A DNA stretch of 64,000 nt. It comes from a virus. This document shows, one piece after another, positions 35,300-43,867 of this stretch. The DNA lies in IMG/VR virus record IMGVR_UViG_3300045988_108221, positions 1 through 64,000 of that record; one strand, 5' to 3'. Positions within the stretch are counted from its first letter, which is position 1; every line of letters starts with the position of its first letter. Under the pieces are notes generated by a model, which did no database searches, was not told the origin of the DNA, and saw nothing but the letters and a program-made list of their open reading frames with translations. The position numbers and the translations under genes are program-made.

Positions 35300-35385
35300 G
35301 TGTTTTTCTTGGGTTTTATTTTTTGAAATCTTGTTTTTTATTTTTTGGTTTTTAATTTTTTGGATTTAGGTCATTGGTTTTTGGT
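35300..35385. repeat. Phased A/T tracts (intrinsically bent DNA / UP-like)
   Basis: On the plus strand: TTTTTCTT GGG TTTTATTTTTT G AAATC TTGTTTTTTATTTTTT GG TTTTTAATTTTTT. Confidence 0.55.
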
Positions 35386-35790
35386 TATGCCACATAACTC
35401 TTGGATGGGAAATTCATAGTTCTGTAGACATGATACACCAATATTATTCGTTGACTCGTTGACAAAAACATAGATTGTATTTTTTACATATATCGTCTTT
35501 TCTGTAAATCTAGTGACTACGCCGATATAAACATGTTTATCATTAGACCGTGCAATAGCTGTATCGCCATCTCTGAGATAGCCGTATTTAGTATTTAGCG
35601 TAGTAACAGTCGGTAAATCTTCCACAGATTCATCCACAGACTTCCCATTGAACAACATCGTGCCAGTCGGAATGAAATTTGAAACCTGAGATTCAGGCTT
35701 TAAAAACAATGACTTTAAATATTCGATGTTCTGTGGTGTCACTTCCAGTTTTAATTTTAATGTTCCCATAGAGTCGTTTTTGGTTTTCAT
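35371..35790 (-). CDS. Hypothetical early protein
   Basis: SD GGAGATAATTA-ATG. No motif recognised. Confidence 0.6.
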   Translation of the reverse strand: MKTKNDSMGTLKLKLEVTPQNIEYLKSLFLKPESQVSNFIPTGTMLFNGKSVDESVEDLPTVTTLNTKYGYLRDGDTAIARSNDKHVYIGVVTRFTEKTIYVKNTIYVFVNESTNNIGVSCLQNYEFPIQELCGITKNQ

Positions 35791-36032
35791 TAATTATCTC
35801 CTATTGGTTCATCGGTTTTCACCAAGTAAATTGTAATGGCATTTGCCCTAGAGAGATTTAACGCAAATGCATCTATTGATTCTTCCCGTTCGTTGTCAAA
35901 CAGATAACATACTTGACCTACAAAAGTGTCAGATAATAAGCTTGTCTTTAGCTCTTGCAAAGTCTTTGTTGACTTGTATGTGATTGTTCGTCTGCCACTA
36001 CTGTAATCGGCATGGATGCGATATATATTCAT
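35790..36032 (-). CDS. Hypothetical early protein
   Basis: SD GCAGGAGGTCTAA-ATG. Confidence 0.6.
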   Translation of the reverse strand: MNIYRIHADYSSGRRTITYKSTKTLQELKTSLLSDTFVGQVCYLFDNEREESIDAFALNLSRANAITIYLVKTDEPIGDN

Positions 36033-36776
36033 TTAGACCTCCTGCACGATTTTAAACCACTCTTTGTAAAAGTTGTCATGGACTGCTGCAATAAATACTT
36101 TTTCTTCAAAAGCAGATGTAGTCACACTTTCAACTGTAACTTGTTTTGTTTTTGTCGGAGGAGTTGTTTCAATATTGGCATACAACACTTCTGCTTCGAC
36201 TTCAACTTTAGTACCACTTGGTAATAACGCTGATAATTCATCCACAGTAAAGTCTGTAGTATGATACCATTTGTCTGCTTGTAGAGCAACTCCATGAATT
36301 AATTCCAAGTTTTTATCTGTGGCAAACCATCCGCCGTAGCAATCAACACCATCGTGTTCAACATTACATTCAAAGCCATTGGTTGCATTATCTAGTTGTA
36401 CGACATAACCCTCTGAGAAGTCAACACCACTCATTGGTAAGCGAACAATAGTGCCTGTAAAGTCGTTATATTTTACGATTACACGGTCGCCAATATTAAA
36501 CTTAGACTTTGGTTGCTCCTGTGGTTCATCTGGGTCAACCGTTGGCTGTTCTTGCGTATAATCAAAAGATTTAATCTGATGTGGATACGTTGGCTGTTCT
36601 TGGGTTTCCATCCGTTGTTGCTCCAAAACTTCCACCAGCTTATCTGCATGACGTTTGATATTCATGGCACAACCAAAGTTTTGTCCTTGAATGGCAAACT
36701 TAATGATTGTTCCTTTTAAGAATGAAATAAACTCATCTTTTGTTAGATTTTCTTCGATAATGTCTAATGTTTTCAT
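36033..36776 (-). CDS. Hypothetical protein with DUF3310-like N-terminus
   Basis: Start moved to MKTLDIIEE behind ACAGGAGAAAACAT. FISFLKGTIIKFAIQ...HADKLVEVL resembles DUF3310 (my recollection). Confidence 0.45.
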   Translation of the reverse strand: MKTLDIIEENLTKDEFISFLKGTIIKFAIQGQNFGCAMNIKRHADKLVEVLEQQRMETQEQPTYPHQIKSFDYTQEQPTVDPDEPQEQPKSKFNIGDRVIVKYNDFTGTIVRLPMSGVDFSEGYVVQLDNATNGFECNVEHDGVDCYGGWFATDKNLELIHGVALQADKWYHTTDFTVDELSALLPSGTKVEVEAEVLYANIETTPPTKTKQVTVESVTTSAFEEKVFIAAVHDNFYKEWFKIVQEV

Positions 36777-36789
36777 ATGTTTTCTCCTG

Positions 36790-37104
36790 TTAGTCAATTT
36801 GAGTATATATTATTTTATATCCATCATTAATACATTTCTTAATCTGACATAACTGCTCTACTTGGTCATGGAATATTAATGGGTCTCTTGGGTTAGATAA
36901 TGGACTGCGAGTTAATGTTCCATCTTCGTGAGACTCCAACAAACGTGAAACCAAAGAGCCATCAATAATGTATTCCTCGTTTGGTTGAAAATTACGGAGA
37001 TTATCTCTGAAAAACCCTCCGACATTTCTGTTGTAGATGCTAAAGTGTGCCACAGGAATGACTCTATTGTTTGCAAACACATAAAACTCGTTGTATATGC
37101 CCAT
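36790..37104 (-). CDS. Hypothetical early protein
   Basis: SD ACAGGAGGATTACTA-ATG. TAATG junction with the upstream small ORF. Confidence 0.6.
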   Translation of the reverse strand: MGIYNEFYVFANNRVIPVAHFSIYNRNVGGFFRDNLRNFQPNEEYIIDGSLVSRLLESHEDGTLTRSPLSNPRDPLIFHDQVEQLCQIKKCINDGYKIIYTQID

Positions 37105-37241
37105 TAGTAATCCTCCTGTTTCTCTACCAGTAGATATTCAATGTCTGCAAAAGCCAATAACTGTAGAAAATACATAGGGTCTTCTTTTGTATATAATTCT
37201 TGGGTTTGTTTATTGGCTTGTCTAAAGGTGATTTTATGCAT
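37104..37241 (-). CDS. Small hypothetical protein (45 aa)
   Basis: SD CACAGGAGGTATTCTA-ATG. Translation begins MHKITFRQANKQTQELYTKEDP... Confidence 0.45.
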   Translation of the reverse strand: MHKITFRQANKQTQELYTKEDPMYFLQLLAFADIEYLLVEKQEDY

Positions 37242-37257
37242 TAGAATACCTCCTGTG

Positions 37258-37575
37258 TTATAGAAATGCTTGTCGTGTCACGGCAAAAGTCAGTAAAATT
37301 GTCACAATAACAGTTATAACAACTAGTTCCATTGGCATATACCGAGTGCCATACTCAAAGCCACCAATGACATGAACTGCTTTTTGTCGAATTGCTGCAC
37401 TCGCCCATTTTTTATCAAACTTTTGACATGAAATCTCCCATCTGGCAGAACATAACTCGTCTGTTGTTTTTTCTAACTTGCGTTGTAACTGCTCAATATA
37501 ACTGTCTTTGGCGACAATCACTTGGTTCTGTTCTTCGATTGTTTTATGTAGTTGTTGTGTGTCCAAGTTAATCAA
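37258..37575 (-). CDS. Coiled-coil protein with C-terminal TM anchor
   Basis: TTG start per the track, so the start is uncertain. C-terminal MELVVITVIVTILLTFAV. Confidence 0.5.
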   Translation of the reverse strand: MINLDTQQLHKTIEEQNQVIVAKDSYIEQLQRKLEKTTDELCSARWEISCQKFDKKWASAAIRQKAVHVIGGFEYGTRYMPMELVVITVIVTILLTFAVTRQAFL

Positions 37576-37912
37576 TCTCCTGTTCTAAATGGGTTTCAAA
37601 CAATTTTAAGAACTGAAGCTCTGCATCCAAGTCGTCAACTTGCTCGGTATCATACATCACTTGGTCTTCTAAAGTTAAGAACGAGAGTCCATATGCATAT
37701 CTTGTAAGTTCACCACTATTACGAATAAACATTAAGTTTGTATACGGTCGTTGCTCACCGAATAAAGACATATTATGAGTATACACAATCATGTGACCTT
37801 GTGGCAACGTTACAGAATATACAGAATACATTTGCTTGTGTACATCCCCAATATAGCTGTAGATGTTTTCAACTGTTTTGTCGATTTGTTTTAATAATTG
37901 TTTGCGTTTCAA
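37568..37912 (-). CDS. Hypothetical early protein
   Basis: AGGAGGAAAAACCA-TTG start. Confidence 0.55.
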   Translation of the reverse strand: MKRKQLLKQIDKTVENIYSYIGDVHKQMYSVYSVTLPQGHMIVYTHNMSLFGEQRPYTNLMFIRNSGELTRYAYGLSFLTLEDQVMYDTEQVDDLDAELQFLKLFETHLEQEID

Positions 37913-37935
37913 TGGTTTTTCCTCCTGCTATTGAA

Positions 37936-38469
37936 TTAAACTTTCAACTTAAAAATTGTGTTTTTATGCTCAAATGCACGAATTAATTGATATTCATATG
38001 TGTTGATAATGGTTTGTCTTGCATTTTGTAATATGTTCCCTAGAGTCTCAAATTGCTCTACCGTGTATTCTTGAGTGCCATCAAGAAAATACATATTAGT
38101 GAGTAATCCTTGATGCAATAAAACTTTATCTTTTCTAACCTCCAGTCGATAGCCGTCTCGTAAGTATATTGTATCACATAACTTTAATATCGCCAACAAG
38201 TTATCTGAGTCAAACTTAACAGAAACACTTGGTTGTCCATTAGACCAGCTTGGTTGCACGGTTGTTACAATTAAATCTGGCACATTATCAGACCAGAACT
38301 GATTGCGACCTAAAGTAATACCATGGAGTCTCATGGGTAATGTCTTTGGTATGATAACATCTGCACCATATTGATTGATACTGCTATAGATGATTTGTTG
38401 AGACATATATTCATCGAAAATATCTATCTCAGGCTGTACAGGGTCTAATCTTAAGTACGTTACTTCCAA
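37936..38469 (-). CDS. Hypothetical early protein
   Basis: GCAGGAGGAATAACC-TTG start. Confidence 0.55.
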   Translation of the reverse strand: MEVTYLRLDPVQPEIDIFDEYMSQQIIYSSINQYGADVIIPKTLPMRLHGITLGRNQFWSDNVPDLIVTTVQPSWSNGQPSVSVKFDSDNLLAILKLCDTIYLRDGYRLEVRKDKVLLHQGLLTNMYFLDGTQEYTVEQFETLGNILQNARQTIINTYEYQLIRAFEHKNTIFKLKV

Positions 38470-38471
38470 GG

Positions 38472-38891
38472 TTATTCCTCCTGCCTTTCTTGTGGTTTCT
38501 CATGTTTATCAGCAAGCGTTAAGCACTTGTCGCATACGCCCTGTAGCTGTTTCTTAACCAGTGTCACCGCTTGGTCTAATTCCTTGATTACTTGCTTAAC
38601 GCACTTCAAGTCTTCTTTTGTTAATCGGTCAGTATCTGCATTTGGCAATAACAAAATGATGTCTTTGATTGTCTTGATTTGTTTCCACTCGACAACCTGT
38701 TGTTGCAATGCTTCAAAAGATAACGTATGTTCACCAACAGCATTTAAAATCTCTTGATACATTGAGTATCGTAAATGGTTTAAAACCACATTATCTTCTT
38801 TGTGAGAATTGATGTTATCTGCCATGCGGTCAATATATAACGTAAGCGGATAACCTGCCATAGAATTTACTAAGATGTCTTTATTATTCAT
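38472..38891 (-). CDS. Hypothetical early protein
   Basis: SD ACGGAGGTTGGA-ATG. Confidence 0.6.
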   Translation of the reverse strand: MNNKDILVNSMAGYPLTLYIDRMADNINSHKEDNVVLNHLRYSMYQEILNAVGEHTLSFEALQQQVVEWKQIKTIKDIILLLPNADTDRLTKEDLKCVKQVIKELDQAVTLVKKQLQGVCDKCLTLADKHEKPQERQEE

Positions 38892-38906
38892 TCCAACCTC
38901 CGTTTT

Positions 38907-39164
38907 TTATTCGTTATCAATTTCTTGTTGTCTTTGCTCGGCGTATAACCGACTGTAATATTTTTGTTTACACGTTGTTGTACAAAACCGTTGATTGTGA
39001 CTTTTGGGTATAAACCAACGGTCACAACAATCGCATTGTTTCATATGTTTTCTTCGTTCGGCTTCTCGCTTATAAAACCCAATAAGAAAATCATGTGGTA
39101 CTGCTGGGTGAGGTCTGCCGTCAAAACAAGATTTCCCCTGTAGAAATTCTGGTAATTTAGACAT
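38907..39164 (-). CDS. Small zinc-ribbon protein
   Basis: Start moved to MSKLPEF behind CGGAGGTG. Contains CDCCDRWF...NQRFCTTTCKQKYY. Confidence 0.5.
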   Translation of the reverse strand: MSKLPEFLQGKSCFDGRPHPAVPHDFLIGFYKREAERRKHMKQCDCCDRWFIPKSHNQRFCTTTCKQKYYSRLYAEQRQQEIDNE

Positions 39165-39179
39165 AGATTCCACCTCCGA

Positions 39180-39494
39180 TTATAACTCAAATGTTTTACG
39201 TTGAGTCGCTTTAGAACCACGGTTTTGAACCAATGCTGCTTCATAGTTAGAGATAAATGCTCGTAGATTAATGTATACATAACCCTTGCCTGTTGCAACA
39301 GCATCTTCCATAAGCTGATGAGTCAAGGTGTTAAACATTTTAGACAACATAACTGCATCAATTTCAGATACAGGTACGTTAATTGTCATGTTTGACAATT
39401 CGTTGTCCAAAATGATAATCTTAGATTGCTTCGCATCGAATGTAAAAGTTTTAACGAATGTTGTATTTGTATCTAAAGATAACTTAAATAGCAT
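39180..39494 (-). CDS. Hypothetical early protein
   Basis: SD ACAGGAGAAATAATC-ATG. Confidence 0.6.
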   Translation of the reverse strand: MLFKLSLDTNTTFVKTFTFDAKQSKIIILDNELSNMTINVPVSEIDAVMLSKMFNTLTHQLMEDAVATGKGYVYINLRAFISNYEAALVQNRGSKATQRKTFEL

Positions 39495-39496
39495 GA

Positions 39497-39712
39497 TTAT
39501 TTCTCCTGTTCATTTAATTCATTTCTAATAATGTCACGCACCATTGCACAATACCATGCACAGTATGGGTCGTGTAATAATTTGGCTTGTTCTTGCCATA
39601 ATTCTTGTAATTGTTCTTTGGTCTTCTTTGGCTGTTGTGCCCGTTTTAATAACTTGCGACCAGCTTTAATTGACTTGGTTATTCTTTTTAGCTCTTTTTC
39701 TGTTGGTTGCAC
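39497..39712 (-). CDS. Small basic hypothetical protein
   Basis: GTG start just after the upstream stop. K/R/Q-rich. Confidence 0.45.
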   Translation of the reverse strand: MQPTEKELKRITKSIKAGRKLLKRAQQPKKTKEQLQELWQEQAKLLHDPYCAWYCAMVRDIIRNELNEQEK

Positions 39713-39713
39713 G

Positions 39714-39914
39714 TTAGACCACCACCAAGTTTTCTTCCAAAGCTACACTCAAGGCAAATGCTGCACTATCGCAATCCCATTTAATGGCGTTACCAATTAA
39801 TGTTCTTGCCGATTGTTGTTCTTGCGGTGTCAAGCGGATGCCGTCTTGAGTTGACTGTTTGATTGTCCGAACTCGTTCATCGCAATTTCTTCTGATTTCA
39901 TTTCTTGGGTTCAT
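39714..39914 (-). CDS. Hypothetical protein, first gene of an early operon
   Basis: Located downstream of a consensus promoter. SD GGTAGGAAACATTAT-ATG. Confidence 0.55.
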   Translation of the reverse strand: MNPRNEIRRNCDERVRTIKQSTQDGIRLTPQEQQSARTLIGNAIKWDCDSAAFALSVALEENLVVV

Positions 39915-39942
39915 ATAATGTTTCCTACCTTTCGTTAATAAT

Positions 39943-40015
39943 AAAACCCCAGACTGTTTAATGTCTAACAGGTGTTTTCCTTACCTGTTGATTACATTAT
40001 ATCAGTTGGGGTTTT
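39943..40015 (-). terminator. Long compound hairpin overlapping the next promoter
   Basis: AAAACCCCAGACTG ... CAGTTGGGGTTTT with inner AACAGGTG-ttttcct-TACCTGTT. T-rich tail on the minus strand. Confidence 0.45.
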
Positions 40016-40024
40016 TCGTGTCAA
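39996..40024 (-). promoter_or_regulatory. Consensus sigma70 promoter
   Basis: TTGACA, 17-nt spacer, TATAAT on the minus strand, with an upstream A-tract. Confidence 0.7.
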
Positions 40025-40059
40025 CAACTTTTTTACAAAATTTCGACTTTTTTATTTTA

Positions 40060-40485
40060 TTATTGTTTTAACGTGTATTTGTTCATTACATCAGCTATAG
40101 ATACCCATTGATAACCTGCTCCGATGTGTGAATACACTTGAATAAATACCGTGTCAATATCTTTATCCACACGCATGTCGCAACCAATCAAACGAGCGTT
40201 CTTATCTCGGTCAAACACATGCTTGTTCATGTATTGTACTGCGGCTAACACTTGTTTGTCGATGTCCAGGTATTTCCTCTTGGCATCTTCCATGGCTGTA
40301 AACAGTTGTTTTACATCATAGTGACCAATATATGTATACTCATCTGTAATGGCATAGATTGAGTCAAAAGAGCCATCGTCATACATTACATAAAGTTCTC
40401 CATCCGTATCTATACGAAAGATAATGATTGTATATCCACAATCATCAATATACATATCTCCGACTGTTGGCGTATGTTTATCCAT
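40060..40485 (-). CDS. Hypothetical early protein
   Basis: SD ACAGGAGGTCAACGCTA-ATG. Confidence 0.6.
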   Translation of the reverse strand: MDKHTPTVGDMYIDDCGYTIIIFRIDTDGELYVMYDDGSFDSIYAITDEYTYIGHYDVKQLFTAMEDAKRKYLDIDKQVLAAVQYMNKHVFDRDKNARLIGCDMRVDKDIDTVFIQVYSHIGAGYQWVSIADVMNKYTLKQ

Positions 40486-40795
40486 TAGCGTTGACCTCCT
40501 GTTGTAATGTACAATAAAATTGTTCCAAGAACTGGTCTATTTGATTGATTTCACATATGGTATAAACATTATATTCGTGGTCGATAATACCATCTGGGTG
40601 GTCTTCCCAAGAACATTCATATACAACTCGACCATCTTTCAATCGTATAACAAATGCTGCGTACATAATTGTAAGTGTTGCGTATTCATCATATGCGATT
40701 TCTTTGTTGATAACGATTGAGAATTGTTTATCGGTATAATCATATGTAAAACCATTGGCTGACACAAGATTAAACATATTTTTGATGTCAAACAT
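40478..40795 (-). CDS. Hypothetical early protein
   Basis: Start overlaps the upstream ORF end. Confidence 0.55.
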   Translation of the reverse strand: MFDIKNMFNLVSANGFTYDYTDKQFSIVINKEIAYDEYATLTIMYAAFVIRLKDGRVVYECSWEDHPDGIIDHEYNVYTICEINQIDQFLEQFYCTLQQEVNANG

Positions 40796-41072
40796 TGTAC
40801 TTATGCATCCTTTCTTTGAGTGTTATTAATAACAAATTCAGATTGGTATGCTCGTAAAGTGTAATGTATCGACCAAGGATGTCTCTCTTTTGTATCGTTG
40901 ATGTCGAGAAACAATCACCTGCCACCATATAGATTACACGATATGTCTTGAGTGTTTCTTTATATATTAATACAGGTTTGTCTTCCCAAAGGAATACATC
41001 CCCAATGGATAACTCGTGTTCATTATTAGACAATTTGTTGTCTCTATTAAAAAACTTACAAATCTTCTTCAT
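40788..41072 (-). CDS. Hypothetical early protein
   Basis: Start overlaps the upstream ORF end. Confidence 0.55.
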   Translation of the reverse strand: MKKICKFFNRDNKLSNNEHELSIGDVFLWEDKPVLIYKETLKTYRVIYMVAGDCFSTSTIQKRDILGRYITLYEHTNLNLLLITLKERMHKYNV

Positions 41073-41286
41073 AGTCTTCCTCGTAATCTGGTTCTTCTTC
41101 TTCGATGTAAGAAATCGTCACTTCTTCGACTTGACCATCAACATCGTATTGGCAAATGGTTGTATTGATGTCGAAACAGTCGGTTAAATCAGATGCAATC
41201 TCGTAGGCTTCTTCTTCACTAGAAGCGGTAATCCGTGCTTCACCATAGAATGTGCCACTATAAGTAATATTATAGACTTTATCCAT
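41056..41286 (-). CDS. Small highly acidic protein
   Basis: SD GGGGGAGAATAACA-ATG. C-terminus EEEEPDYEEDYEEDL. Confidence 0.55.
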   Translation of the reverse strand: MDKVYNITYSGTFYGEARITASSEEEAYEIASDLTDCFDINTTICQYDVDGQVEEVTISYIEEEEPDYEEDYEEDL

Positions 41287-41524
41287 TGTTATTCTCCCCC
41301 ATACCTATTAAACCAACAACCAACAAACAAATGATAAACGCAAGTGTAATCTTTAGTGTGAACCAAAGAACAGTCCATGCCATCGCCATAGTTACGCCTG
41401 CGATACCAATAAGTGCTAGAACGAACGCAATCGAAACAGCAATCCATGATAATTTTGTGATAATACCAAGGACAACGATTGCAACCGCAAGGATTGCACC
41501 TATAATAGCAGTCAATAGTTTCAT
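41279..41524 (-). CDS. Small integral membrane protein
   Basis: Start moved to MKLLTAIIGA behind AATGGAG. Three hydrophobic helices. Confidence 0.55.
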   Translation of the reverse strand: MKLLTAIIGAILAVAIVVLGIITKLSWIAVSIAFVLALIGIAGVTMAMAWTVLWFTLKITLAFIICLLVVGLIGMGENNNG

Positions 41525-41528
41525 ATGT

Positions 41529-41702
41529 TTAACTCCATTGTTTAATAATGCGTTTAGACGGTATATACCAAACATGACCGTTAATTTCGGCTTGCACCAA
41601 ATAGAAATCATCTGTCGGATTATACAGCTTGATTTCACCGACCAATTTTTGGTCTTTATCGTTTAAAAACTCCACGATTGTACCATCTTTAATTGTTTCC
41701 AT
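41529..41702 (-). CDS. Small hypothetical protein (57 aa)
   Basis: AAGGAGCTAGAAA-ATG inside the thyX 3' end. Translation begins METIKDGTIVEFLNDKDQ... Confidence 0.4.
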   Translation of the reverse strand: METIKDGTIVEFLNDKDQKLVGEIKLYNPTDDFYLVQAEINGHVWYIPSKRIIKQWS

Positions 41703-42351
41703 TTTCTAGCTCCTTGCGGACAGGTGTCTTTGGTTTCTTTTTATGTGTTGTAAAGTCGCAAGATACCTCTTTGCAGGACTCACACATCCCAAGCGTTTGT
41801 AAATTCACCAAAGATGGATACAAGTAATTCAAGCGTTCAAAAATCGCTCGTGCCACTTGTTGGTGTTCCATGGATGCTCTCTTGCAGAGACGCTTTGGCA
41901 AGTACTCCATCCATGTACGCAAAGAACCGCTCACAGTCATTGTCACGTTGGTTGCTAATGGTAACACATAGGATGCAACTTGGTATGGAACGCCTGCATC
42001 AACCAAACGGCGGTATTCTAAGATTTGGTTCTCAATTAATTTATTCATGAGTTGACCCATGTCGTCTGTAATCTCTGGGTGTTCTGTGGAATCAAACCAT
42101 GTGGCATCGCCAAAGTCTGTTCCTCGTGTAGATTTCACAGTAAAAGACAAGTGTCTGTGTCGTGTGATTTGTGCAAGGCATTTCTGTGACATTTCAATAT
42201 CAAATGTTACAAGGGTATGTTCCAATAGTGACAAATGTCCACTTTTGATGGCTCTCACTAGTGCATCCTCGGTTAGCTCCTTACCATAACATTGACCCAT
42301 AGCATGAGTCGCTGTATTGAGTGGTGTGTAATTCTGTAGTTCTACATGCAT
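41689..42351 (-). CDS. thyX: Flavin-dependent thymidylate synthase ThyX
   Basis: ThyX signature ITRHRHLSFTVKSTR (RHR..S.R), with fitting size and N-terminal region. Confidence 0.85.
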   Translation of the reverse strand: MHVELQNYTPLNTATHAMGQCYGKELTEDALVRAIKSGHLSLLEHTLVTFDIEMSQKCLAQITRHRHLSFTVKSTRGTDFGDATWFDSTEHPEITDDMGQLMNKLIENQILEYRRLVDAGVPYQVASYVLPLATNVTMTVSGSLRTWMEYLPKRLCKRASMEHQQVARAIFERLNYLYPSLVNLQTLGMCESCKEVSCDFTTHKKKPKTPVRKELENGNN

Positions 42352-42363
42352 AAAAGACCTCCG

Positions 42364-42699
42364 TTAAAACATTTTGAGTGTAAACCATGTTGCCATTATA
42401 ATGTTGAAAATCGTAAGACCAAAACACCATGCTTTAAGCCATAAGACAGAACGCTTGTTTTTCTGTACTTCACAGTTAATCGCACGAAACTTCAGTCTAT
42501 TATCAATATTCGTATCTCGAATAATCAGGATGGTATCATCTAGCGTTTTTTGCAACTCTCTGATACTTCGTGTGTTTGATAACGACCGTTGGTTAGCTGC
42601 GGTTTGACCGCTAACAAGTAAATCAATGGCATGAGTTCGCTGCTTAACTTTAGCTTCCATCTGTAAGCATTTGGTTTTTATCTTCTGTATTAAGTTCAT
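42364..42699 (-). CDS. Tail-anchored coiled-coil membrane protein
   Basis: SD ACAGGAGGTCTTA-ATG. C-terminal TM LWLKAWCFGLTIFNIIMATWFTL. Confidence 0.55.
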   Translation of the reverse strand: MNLIQKIKTKCLQMEAKVKQRTHAIDLLVSGQTAANQRSLSNTRSIRELQKTLDDTILIIRDTNIDNRLKFRAINCEVQKNKRSVLWLKAWCFGLTIFNIIMATWFTLKMF

Positions 42700-42711
42700 T
42701 AAGACCTCCTG

Positions 42712-43143
42712 TTAATGCATTTGTGTTAAACCATATATAAACGTGCCACCTGTGATTACAATGACCGCAATTAAATACCAAAAGATACGTTTATACATTT
42801 TAACCATTTCGGCTCTTAACAAGATAACATCGGATGAAAGACTATCGAGTCGCTCTTGTTGATACTTTACAACTGTCGACAATTTGTCGGTAATACTATT
42901 TATTTGCTCAAATAGTGATTGTTGTGCTTTAAATGTTTCTGCGACTTTCTTGAGTTGTTCTTGTTGCGTTTGTAGTGATGTGGAAAGCACCTCGATTTGT
43001 TTGTGGTGTTCATCTATGGTACTAGAGTACTCTCCTAGCTGGAGGGTCGTGGTTTGTAATACCTCGTTATTTTTGCCAACATTCTTTGCCAATGTTCCCA
43101 TCGTTTCGTGTGTACGTTGGTAAGCATCCATTAGTTCTGCCAT
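42712..43143 (-). CDS. Tail-anchored coiled-coil membrane protein
   Basis: SD ACAGGAGAAATAACAC-ATG. C-terminal TM FWYLIAVIVITGGTFIYGL. Confidence 0.55.
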   Translation of the reverse strand: MAELMDAYQRTHETMGTLAKNVGKNNEVLQTTTLQLGEYSSTIDEHHKQIEVLSTSLQTQQEQLKKVAETFKAQQSLFEQINSITDKLSTVVKYQQERLDSLSSDVILLRAEMVKMYKRIFWYLIAVIVITGGTFIYGLTQMH

Positions 43144-43146
43144 GTG

Positions 43147-43359
43147 TTATTTCTCCTGTGTTATATGATAAAAACAATAGTGTGACCCATAGTCAACCGT
43201 GATACCCAATGGATTATGCATGATGCGGTAATATGGTGGTGTAAAGCCATTGTGATGCCACCATTCTTTAATTGCTTGCAACGCATCAGCTTCGGTCTCA
43301 AATAAACCATGGTGTTTCATTTCGTATGTTCGTGTATCTTGCCACTCAAGTCTATACAT
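43147..43359 (-). CDS. Hypothetical early protein
   Basis: Start moved to MYRLEWQD (TAATG junction, SD GTGGAGATAG). Confidence 0.5.
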   Translation of the reverse strand: MYRLEWQDTRTYEMKHHGLFETEADALQAIKEWWHHNGFTPPYYRIMHNPLGITVDYGSHYCFYHITQEK

Positions 43360-43865
43360 TAGTCTATCTCCACAAGTTTTTGTAAATATAAGCAATTCGG
43401 CAATAATGTTGACAACTGAATATCGTCTGTATGACCGACTTGTCTATAGCCTGTGAATACAATCATGTCTTGCCAATACACATGGTTATTCGGTCGGAAA
43501 TATACGCCTGTTGGTCTATATTGACAACCATTGACTCTAAGGGTGATACCTCGGTCAAATGTGTTCCTCAAGAATACAAACTTTTGTTTGGCAATCTCTT
43601 GTTGCTCTTTAATGTAAGTCTGTAGTTGAAATCGCACACTTCCATTAGCAATATTATATAAGTCAATTTCTAATGGTTTATTGCTGAGATACTTCTTGCG
43701 AGATACCAAGTCATGTATGTTTTTGAACACTAATTCGTTACGGCGGATGTCGTAACAAATGCAATACTTTGGGTCGATGCAGATGTTTTGAACAAACATA
43801 TATATATTTCGTATTGCATCCTTATAGTTGTGTCGGTCGGTAATTAAGTCTCCATACACAAACAT
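43359..43865 (-). CDS. Hypothetical early protein
   Basis: SD AGCAGGTGTAACA-ATG. Confidence 0.6.
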   Translation of the reverse strand: MFVYGDLITDRHNYKDAIRNIYMFVQNICIDPKYCICYDIRRNELVFKNIHDLVSRKKYLSNKPLEIDLYNIANGSVRFQLQTYIKEQQEIAKQKFVFLRNTFDRGITLRVNGCQYRPTGVYFRPNNHVYWQDMIVFTGYRQVGHTDDIQLSTLLPNCLYLQKLVEID

Positions 43866-43867
43866 TG

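Noticed and set aside
27008-35370. CRISPR array in the repeat-rich noncoding region
   Set aside because: The repeats have irregular length, spacing and orientation, and many are palindromic operator-like words. There is no series of identical 25-40 bp direct repeats with unique spacers of similar size, and there are no cas genes.
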